Below, piece by piece: positions 25,928 to 32,000 of a stretch of DNA of 32,000 nucleotides. The translations under genes and the position numbers were made by a program. The stretch is from Candidatus Arthromitus sp. SFB-mouse-Japan (GTDB taxonomy: Bacteria; Bacillota; Clostridia; Clostridiales; Clostridiaceae), in the NCBI RefSeq assembly GCF_000270205.1, contig NC_015913.1, positions 1,290,001-1,322,000 on the forward strand, read 5' to 3'. How positions within the stretch are numbered: the first letter of the stretch is position 1; every line of letters starts with the position of its first letter. The notes under the pieces were generated by a model. The model was not told the DNA's origin. It saw nothing but the letters and a program-made list of their open reading frames with translations, and did not search any database.

Positions 25928-27620
25928 ACATTTCATCAACAGTTTCAATACCTATTAGATATAATGCATTTTTAATTACTATTGTTGTAGCATAAACTAA
26001 AATAAGCCTTGAAATTTTTAAGTTCTCATCTTCAAGATTCAAGATATTGTTAGAATTATAAAATTTATTAAACGCTTTTGCTATATCAATCACATATCTT
26101 GTTATAATCGATGGCTCTAAATAGGATATAGATGATTTAATGTTATTATTAAAATCACTAAGTACTTTAATTAAATTATTCTCATTATCATGCGTAAGAA
26201 GTCCTAAATATTTCTCAGTATCTATATTTTCAATATCAATTCCACTCTTTTTTAAAATAGATTTTCCTCTAGCAAAAGTATATTGAACATAAGGTCCAGT
26301 TTCTCCCTCAAAAGATAAAATATCATCGAAATCAAATATGATATCCCTTTCTCTATTCATTTTTAAATATGTAAAAACTATAGCTCCAATACCAACTTTC
26401 TTTGAAACACCATCCTTATTCGAAAGATTAGGATTCTTTTCTTCAATTACATTTCTTATCTTATCTATAGACATATTTAAAAGATCTTCAAGAAGAATAA
26501 CTTCTCCTTTTCTCGATGAAAGCTTCTTATCTTTAAACTTAACAAGTCCAAATCCAACATGAATACAATCCTTCGCCCATTCATAACCCATAAGTTCTAC
26601 AGTTTTAAATACCTGCTTAAAATGAAGTGCCTGAGGAATACCAGCTACATATATATTCTTATAAAAATTATAAGTTTTCTTTCTATATAACAAGGAAGCT
26701 AAATCCCTAGTTGCATAAATCGTAGCTCCATCTGCTTTTTTTATAATACATGGTGGCATATTATAATCATCAAGTCTAACAACTCTAGCACCAAATGAAT
26801 CATCTAATAGATTTTTATCCTCAAGTTCACAAACAATTGCATCCGTCTTATTGGAAAAAAATGCTTCTCCGTCATAAGAATCAAACTTAACTCCTAAATC
26901 CTTATATAATTTTTCAAACTCCAAAAGACTAAGCTCCCTAAACTTTTTCCAAAGCTCTATACACTCCTCATCTCCATCTTCAAGCATCTTGAAATACTTT
27001 CGACCCTCATCTTCAATCGATGGATCATTTTCTGCTTCATTGTGAAATTTTACATATATCCTAAATAACTCGGATATAGGATTCTTTTTAAGTTCTTCAA
27101 TATCAACCCATCTCTTATATGCATAAATAAGCTTACCAAATTGAGTTCCCCAGTCACCTAAATAATTAATCCCAACAACATCATATCCTTGAAACTTATG
27201 TAATCTATATAAAGAATTCCCTATAACAGTTGTAAATAGATGACCTATATGAAATGGTTTTGCAATATTTGGCGAAGAATAATCAATCACTATCGTCTTA
27301 CCTTCTCCATCATTTGACTCTCCATATCGATCTTTTAATTTTAATATACTACTTAACACATCTCGCGAAAAACTGGACTTATCCACGAAAAAATTTAAAT
27401 ATGCTCCAACAGTTTCAATTCTATCTATAACTTCATGCGATATTTTAAGTTTTAAATCCTCTGCAATAATTTGTGGGGATTTTCTAAGTTCCTTTGCAAG
27501 TTTAAAACACGGAAATGCTAAATCACCCATATTTTTATCAGGTGGTATCTCTATAGAATCATAAACATTTATACCAATGATTTCTTCTATCAAATCACTT
27601 ATAATTTTTCTATAATCCAA
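25926..27620 (-). CDS. argS: arginine--tRNA ligase
   Basis: Class I motif [12 protein letters not shown], plus the N-terminal Arg-tRNA-binding and C-terminal DALR-type regions, about 564 aa. Start moved from the track TTG at 27653 to TTG at 27620 (LDYRKIISD...). That codon has GGAAGGAG 8 nt upstream and lies 1 nt after the trmB stop. Confidence 0.93.
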   Translation of the reverse strand: MDYRKIISDLIEEIIGINVYDSIEIPPDKNMGDLAFPCFKLAKELRKSPQIIAEDLKLKISHEVIDRIETVGAYLNFFVDKSSFSRDVLSSILKLKDRYGESNDGEGKTIVIDYSSPNIAKPFHIGHLFTTVIGNSLYRLHKFQGYDVVGINYLGDWGTQFGKLIYAYKRWVDIEELKKNPISELFRIYVKFHNEAENDPSIEDEGRKYFKMLEDGDEECIELWKKFRELSLLEFEKLYKDLGVKFDSYDGEAFFSNKTDAIVCELEDKNLLDDSFGARVVRLDDYNMPPCIIKKADGATIYATRDLASLLYRKKTYNFYKNIYVAGIPQALHFKQVFKTVELMGYEWAKDCIHVGFGLVKFKDKKLSSRKGEVILLEDLLNMSIDKIRNVIEEKNPNLSNKDGVSKKVGIGAIVFTYLKMNRERDIIFDFDDILSFEGETGPYVQYTFARGKSILKKSGIDIENIDTEKYLGLLTHDNENNLIKVLSDFNNNIKSSISYLEPSIITRYVIDIAKAFNKFYNSNNILNLEDENLKISRLILVYATTIVIKNALYLIGIETVDEM

Positions 27621-27621
27621 T

Positions 27622-28266
27622 TTATTTTCTCCTTCCTTTATATTTTGAAACAAAATACATTATCCTCATGCCCTTATTCATAAATTTTTCTTCATATTCC
27701 GTCATAATATTTTTTATATTCTCACTATGTAAATCAAAAGTTTTATATATAATCTCAAAATCATTCCCTTCTAAATACTCTATAGAATCTAAAAAGAAAT
27801 TTTCATGATCAGTTTTCAATATAATTTTAGAATCTTCTTTCATTATTTCAATATACTTTTGTAAAAATCTAGGATGAGTTAACCTCCTTTTATTATGCCT
27901 AGACTTTGGCCATGGTGTTGAAAAGTTCAAATATATATCCGAAATCTCCCCCTTCTCAAACACCTCATCTATGTAATTAATATCAAATGATAGAATTCTT
28001 ACATTATTTAAATTTAAGTTCTCACACTTACGTTTAACATAAACTAAAACTTCATTCTTTAAATCTACTGCAACAAAATTTTTATCTGGATTCTCATCTG
28101 CAATATTCTCCATAAATCGTCCTTTACCACATCCGAGTTCTAAACAAATATCATTTTCATTATCAAATATCTCATTCCATCTACCCTTAAATTCTCTAGG
28201 ATCCTCGATAAATAAATCACTCTCTAAAAGTTCTGGAAGTGCCCAGGCTTTCCTTCTTAATCTCAT
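27622..28266 (-). CDS. trmB: tRNA (guanine-N7)-methyltransferase
   Basis: 214 aa with the SAM-binding [10 protein letters not shown] motif and the [16 protein letters not shown] pattern (P.PW.K.RH.KRR) typical of TrmB. GAGG lies 8 nt upstream of ATG 28266. Confidence 0.92.
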   Translation of the reverse strand: MRLRRKAWALPELLESDLFIEDPREFKGRWNEIFDNENDICLELGCGKGRFMENIADENPDKNFVAVDLKNEVLVYVKRKCENLNLNNVRILSFDINYIDEVFEKGEISDIYLNFSTPWPKSRHNKRRLTHPRFLQKYIEIMKEDSKIILKTDHENFFLDSIEYLEGNDFEIIYKTFDLHSENIKNIMTEYEEKFMNKGMRIMYFVSKYKGRRK

Positions 28267-28395
28267 TTTATCTACCTCAAATAAAGAAATACTCTTAACA
28301 ATTTATTATTCTATCATATAAAATATAAAATTTGACATTATTTGAAATATTTTTTATAATTAGTAATCTAAATTTCAATGCATTGGAGTATAAAT

Positions 28396-29157
28396 ATGGA
28401 CTTAAATAATATATTTGGTGCACGAATCTACGAATTTGAAACCATATCTTCAACCAATGACTTCTCCAAACAACTATGTATGGATAATCCCAAAAATGGA
28501 ACAATAGTTATCGCCAACGAACAAACAAAAGGTAAAGGGCGTTTAGGTAAAACGTGGTCATCAATAAAAAACAAAGGTTTATATTTCTCCATAATATTTA
28601 AATGTGATAATAACAAATCAAAATATGAAACCTTAACACCAATAATATCCCTCGCAATTACGGACCTCCTTAAAAATTATTCATTAAATCCCAAAATAAA
28701 ATGGCCAAATGATATATTAATAAACAATAAAAAAGTATGTGGAATACTTTGCGAATTTAAACAGAGTCCTCACGGAAATTTCATAATATGTGGCATAGGT
28801 GTAAATCTTTATCAAGATATTTCAGACTTTAATGAAGAACTAAGAGATAAAGCAACAAGCATCTCTATAAACACAAACATAAAAATAATAAGAAATGAAT
28901 TTATAAATAATTTAATTTCCAATCTTCATGTTTACTATAATAATTTTAACAGCTCATCCTTAAAACCATTTTTAAATAAATATACAGAATTATCCTCTCT
29001 CTTAAATAAAGAAGTATCTCTAAAAATAAATGGATACGATACTTCGGGTAATGTCATTGGATTCAATGAACTTGGATACTTATTATTAAAAACAGAGAAT
29101 AAAGTAATCGAAATATCCTCTGGAGAAGTAACATTAAAAAATACATATAAAAAATAA
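28396..29157 (+). CDS. birA: biotin--[acetyl-CoA-carboxylase] ligase, group I (no N-terminal HTH)
   Basis: GKGRLGKTW (the GRGRxGRxW biotin-binding loop) and KWPNDILINNKKVCGIL. Start set to ATG 28396, with GGAG 7 nt upstream, rather than the track ATG at 28378. At about 253 aa it is too short to carry a repressor HTH. Confidence 0.92.
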   Translation: MDLNNIFGARIYEFETISSTNDFSKQLCMDNPKNGTIVIANEQTKGKGRLGKTWSSIKNKGLYFSIIFKCDNNKSKYETLTPIISLAITDLLKNYSLNPKIKWPNDILINNKKVCGILCEFKQSPHGNFIICGIGVNLYQDISDFNEELRDKATSISINTNIKIIRNEFINNLISNLHVYYNNFNSSSLKPFLNKYTELSSLLNKEVSLKINGYDTSGNVIGFNELGYLLLKTENKVIEISSGEVTLKNTYKK

Positions 29158-29178
29158 AGGAGCAATTACTGCTCCTTT
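29156..29178. terminator. bidirectional hairpin at the convergent junction birA / small-protein operon
   Basis: Perfect 9-bp stem, aaaggagca (29156-29164) pairing with tgctccttt (29170-29178), with a 5-nt loop and T-rich flanks on both strands. It overlaps the birA stop, and the minus-strand gene's stop (29166-29168) sits in the loop. Confidence 0.65.
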
Positions 29179-29630
29179 TGATCTTTTTTATCCTTACATT
29201 TATTTTTGCACTTACCTCTATGTTTAAACTCACTATCTAAAATATTTTTAATTTCATCCTTAAATTTAGCAGAATTTATTTTTTCTCTTACTTCCTTAAT
29301 TTTAGAAATTCTCCCCTCTAATCTTTCTACCTTTTCATTATCATTTTCACCTTTATACTTTTCAATCTCCTTCTCCATAAAAGAAATCTTACTATCTAAA
29401 TGATCCAAAACATTTTTCTTAACTTCATCAAATTTTCCATATTCTAATAATTTGATTATAGATTCCTTATGTTTACCAATAATTTTCTTATCATGTGAAC
29501 ACTCTGTACTCTCACTATACAATTTTTTACTAAACTCTTTGCTCACAACTGATTCTCCTTGAACCATACCTGTTAAAAAAACTAACAAGCATCCTATAGC
29601 CAAAATAAAATTTTTAACTCTATTATTCAT
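29166..29630 (-). CDS. secreted/anchored coiled-coil protein A (paralog of B), basic Cys-containing tail
   Basis: N-terminus MNNRVKNFILAIGCLLVFLTGMVQG is a signal peptide or anchor. A K/E-rich helical region follows, then KHRGKCKNKCKDKKDQKEQ. Start set to ATG 29630, with GAGGAG 7 nt upstream, instead of the track 29645. Confidence 0.75.
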   Translation of the reverse strand: MNNRVKNFILAIGCLLVFLTGMVQGESVVSKEFSKKLYSESTECSHDKKIIGKHKESIIKLLEYGKFDEVKKNVLDHLDSKISFMEKEIEKYKGENDNEKVERLEGRISKIKEVREKINSAKFKDEIKNILDSEFKHRGKCKNKCKDKKDQKEQ

Positions 29631-29665
29631 ATTTATTCTCCTCATCGTACTTATATTTTTTAAGT

Positions 29666-30061
29666 TTATACTGCCTCTTTATGTCTAACCTGCATTGCTT
29701 CTTTTAAATCACTCTTAGTTTTTGCAGAATTTATATTATTTAAAATTTTGTTCAACCGTTTAATCTCATTTTCATATAACTTAATTTTATCCTCATTATT
29801 TTCTCTTTTAAAATCTTCAAGTTTTGTAACTGTTAATTCCATCATGTTATCTATGTATCCAAGTATCGATCCTCTAATCTCTTCAATCGGTGTATTATCC
29901 CAATAATTATTTGGATCAACTTCATCTTTCATGTTCCCAAAAGAAACTACTGGATCCTGAGTATTAATACTTACTGTTGCATCTTGTTTATTTGAATATC
30001 CAATACAAAATGCTGAACATACTAAAACTCCAATAATTGAGAATATAAACATCTTTTTCAT
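29666..30061 (-). CDS. secreted/anchored coiled-coil protein B (paralog of A)
   Basis: MKKMFIFSIIGVLVCSAFC is a signal or anchor segment. The C-terminal helical region aligns ungapped with protein A: 16 of 54 identical by hand, including K-x-EN and INSAK-x-K. GGAGGA lies upstream of ATG 30061. Confidence 0.75.
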   Translation of the reverse strand: MKKMFIFSIIGVLVCSAFCIGYSNKQDATVSINTQDPVVSFGNMKDEVDPNNYWDNTPIEEIRGSILGYIDNMMELTVTKLEDFKRENNEDKIKLYENEIKRLNKILNNINSAKTKSDLKEAMQVRHKEAV

Positions 30062-30078
30062 AAAATTCCTCCTAAAAT

Positions 30079-30744
30079 TTAATAAATTATACCATCTGCA
30101 TAATTTCTCTCTTCTCCGTCTTTAATAATTAATATCTGCTCATTAAGCCCATTTTCGAGTCTGAAACTCGGTCTATATCCAACTTCCTCTGGCTCCTTCG
30201 GAAATACTAAAAGTACATTATTCTTATCGCTGTTATTCCCAAATATCTGTTTATAAAGACCCTCAAGCTCCTCTTCAAATACTTTATCTAAATTTTCAAC
30301 TATAACAGAGCAATGACGAACATTCTCTCCATTTTGCTTGTATTCAATAGATTCAAACACATTATAAAATAACTCATTACTCTCATTATCAATTTCATGT
30401 TTTAAATTTCTAAGAGTATCTTCCCTCAAACTATTTTTCAGTTCGAGCTCCACAAAATCTCTATACTCTTTTTTCAAGTCAACCCTAACAGATTGTTCAA
30501 ATTTATCATATAACTCTGAATATAATTCATTCTCAACCTCTGTCTTTACCTTAGCCTTCATATTGGTGAAAACTTTCTGACGTTCACGATTTATATTGTT
30601 TATAATTCCAATTATTGCAATACAAATCGATGCAACCAAAATAATTAGAAACTTCACCCACTCTTTCTTAAAAACATTTATTCTACTATTAGAATGTTTC
30701 TTTTCCTCATCAGCGATAACATTACCATTCTCCACTTTATACAC
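30079..30744 (-). CDS. single-pass membrane protein C: short cytoplasmic N-terminus, TM helix, charged helical segment, C-terminal domain of unknown function
   Basis: The TM helix is FLIILVASICIAIIGII. Start set to GTG 30744, with GGAGGAG 7-9 nt upstream, instead of the track TTG at 30771. Confidence 0.7.
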   Translation of the reverse strand: MYKVENGNVIADEEKKHSNSRINVFKKEWVKFLIILVASICIAIIGIINNINRERQKVFTNMKAKVKTEVENELYSELYDKFEQSVRVDLKKEYRDFVELELKNSLREDTLRNLKHEIDNESNELFYNVFESIEYKQNGENVRHCSVIVENLDKVFEEELEGLYKQIFGNNSDKNNVLLVFPKEPEEVGYRPSFRLENGLNEQILIIKDGEERNYADGIIY

Positions 30745-30785
30745 CTTTTCTCTCCTCCAATCAAAATTCAAATATCAAAATATAT

Positions 30786-31097
30786 CTAAGATTTAACCCA
30801 TTTTCTCTCGAGTCTAATCTCCTTTATCAAATCTTTCTTAAGACTATCCATAACATCATCCAAAAGTTCTACTCTAAGCTCCTTAAGTACCTCAGATTTT
30901 AACGAATCTTTAAGTTTTGCCTTAACTTTCGTCTCAACTCCATTTAAAATTTGCTCCTTTACATCCCTTTTATAATTTGTGAGCATATATCTTGAAGACT
31001 CTACCTTCACAAAATTAATTATCGGTACTTGAATAATAGTTGAAAAAAATAAAACAACAACTGGAATAAGTGCGTATTTAAATTTTATAAACTTCAT
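30786..31097 (-). CDS. small membrane-anchored coiled-coil protein D
   Basis: 103 aa with an N-terminal TM helix (ALIPVVVLFFSTIIQVPII) followed by a K/E/L-rich helix, KVKAKLKDSLKSEVLKELRVELLDDVMDSLKKDLIKEI. GGGAG lies upstream of ATG 31097. It is the first gene after the terminator at 31203-31244. Confidence 0.7.
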   Translation of the reverse strand: MKFIKFKYALIPVVVLFFSTIIQVPIINFVKVESSRYMLTNYKRDVKEQILNGVETKVKAKLKDSLKSEVLKELRVELLDDVMDSLKKDLIKEIRLERKWVKS

Positions 31098-31202
31098 TAA
31101 AATCTTCTCCCTTGTTCTTAATCATTGTATCTATTTTGGTATAATTGGATAATTTTAATACATTTGTAAACTTTAAAATTTTTTAGTCTTTTTTAACAGG
31201 AT

Positions 31203-31244
31203 AAAAAAAATATGAAGAATAACTTAACAATTATCTTCATATTT
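31203..31244 (-). terminator. rho-independent terminator after lipoprotein gene E
   Basis: The minus-strand RNA reads AUAUGAAGAUAA-UUGUUAAG-UUAUUCUUCAUAU, a stem of about 11 bp with one bulge, followed by eight U residues (complement of 31203-31210). It starts about 10 nt after the stop at 31254-31256. Confidence 0.75.
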
Positions 31245-31253
31245 AAAATTCCT

Positions 31254-31823
31254 CTATTTAGTTGTATAAAGCAAAATGTCACTAAACATTGAATCGCTCA
31301 CATTTTTAATTATCTTCTCATAATTATCAAACTGAAGAGATAAATCTATATTTCCATTCGGATGATCATATCTATCTATATTTCTTATCTCTGTTAAATA
31401 AATCACCTCTCGTGAACCCCCATTATCTGGAGTAAACACTATTGAGTTTCTCGTAACCTCAAAATTTCCAAGGACATCGATACCATCTAAATTATACTTT
31501 CCATAATATGTATTTTTGATATTAGCTAAATCTTCACTCTTAAAATTTTTCTCAGATGGATATATATTATTTTCTGATTTCTTTCCTACGTTATCTTTCC
31601 CCTCATAGGAATTCTCAAAAGTATTAGTTTTTGTATCTGTATTTTTATCTTTATCCTTATAATAATTATCAACAAATGATTTATCATTCACACTACTTAA
31701 AGCACTCTCAAATTTATCAGCATTTGCCCGTTTACTACAACTAACTAATATGATCAATATCAAAACCATACAAAACACAATTATGGGTTTTGTTATGTCA
31801 AAAGGATTTCTACCATTATTCAT
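31254..31823 (-). CDS. lipoprotein E, unknown function
   Basis: Signal peptide with a canonical lipobox (LIILVSC), a D/K/N/T-rich linker, then a C-terminal domain of about 80 aa. GGAG lies upstream of ATG 31823. Confidence 0.78.
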   Translation of the reverse strand: MNNGRNPFDITKPIIVFCMVLILIILVSCSKRANADKFESALSSVNDKSFVDNYYKDKDKNTDTKTNTFENSYEGKDNVGKKSENNIYPSEKNFKSEDLANIKNTYYGKYNLDGIDVLGNFEVTRNSIVFTPDNGGSREVIYLTEIRNIDRYDHPNGNIDLSLQFDNYEKIIKNVSDSMFSDILLYTTK

Positions 31824-31857
31824 TTTAAAAATTCTCCTTCCTTACAATAACAATTTT

Positions 31858-31866
31858 TGTTATAAT
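31858..31866 (+). promoter_or_regulatory. extended -10 element TGtTATAAT upstream of a gene starting at the right window edge
   Basis: TG at 31858-31859 and a perfect TATAAT at 31861-31866. About 110 nt downstream, GGAGGA (31960-31965) and ATG 31978 open a frame that runs off the window. Confidence 0.3.
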
Positions 31867-32000
31867 TAGCTTATTTAAATTTAATTATACTTAAAATTAT
31901 GTATTATATTTCCAGATTTATCGACATTTTATACTAAATATTTTAAAATTAATAATTTCGGAGGATCTTTGCCTAAGATGAATTTAAATATAATAACTGT

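Noticed and set aside
26338-26562. Track ORF, 74 aa, plus strand.
   Set aside because: It is antisense to argS.
28295-29403. Track ORFs 28295-28504 (-), 28428-28616 (-), 28935-29165 (-) and 29206-29403 (+).
   Set aside because: These are shadow frames opposite birA or protein A, or spanning the trmB/birA divergent promoter region. They have no RBS and no motifs.
30596-30796. Track ORF, 66 aa, plus strand.
   Set aside because: It is antisense to protein C/D coding sequence and has no RBS.
1-32000. Scan for tRNA/rRNA genes, CRISPR arrays, IS elements, integrases, phage genes, toxin-antitoxin pairs and known defence systems.
   Set aside because: I found no GC-rich structured RNA-like islands and no regularly spaced direct repeats. 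No transposase/integrase-like ORFs and no terminal inverted repeats flank any gene block. The window reads as core chromosome with a few surface or envelope accessory genes.

Overview
Visibly very AT-rich chromosomal segment (GC not computed). It uses the standard code (TAA/TAG/TGA stops, TGG Trp), and its GGAGG-type ribosome-binding sites, lipoboxes and gene content fit a low-GC Gram-positive, Clostridia-like anaerobe. The organism cannot be named from the sequence alone. I call 30 CDS, packed almost wall to wall. Housekeeping content: a shikimate operon aroF-aroA-aroC-aroB on the minus strand (aroB runs off the left edge and is missing from the ORF track), class II ribonucleotide reductase nrdJ, an Lrp/AsnC regulator, plsC, gltX, feoA-feoB plus a 48-aa FeoB-associated Cys-rich ORF absent from the track, a GH94 phosphorylase, an MscS-family channel, trmB-argS and birA. 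I saw no rRNA, tRNA, CRISPR array, transposase, integrase or phage genes, and nothing resembling a known defence system. The track gives longest ORFs, including GTG/TTG starts, so I moved several starts to the codon with a properly spaced RBS (nrdJ, HprK-like gene, mscS, argS, birA, two small ORFs). Items worth a second look: (1) a four-gene operon plus an adjacent lipoprotein gene (29166-31823) encoding only small anchored or secreted coiled-coil proteins, including one clear tandem paralog pair, with no family I recognise; (2) a 973-aa secreted protein of about eight diverged tandem modules with a DUF4214-like C-terminus, followed by a strong terminator whose 3' arm holds the only possible start codon of a downstream single-module paralog; (3) a roughly 585-aa protein with an HPr-kinase-like P-loop domain fused to an unknown N-terminal domain, coupled to plsC; (4) perfect hairpins at five of six convergent gene junctions, three of which encode the last codons of the minus-strand gene. 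All functional ideas for the uncharacterised genes are hypotheses.
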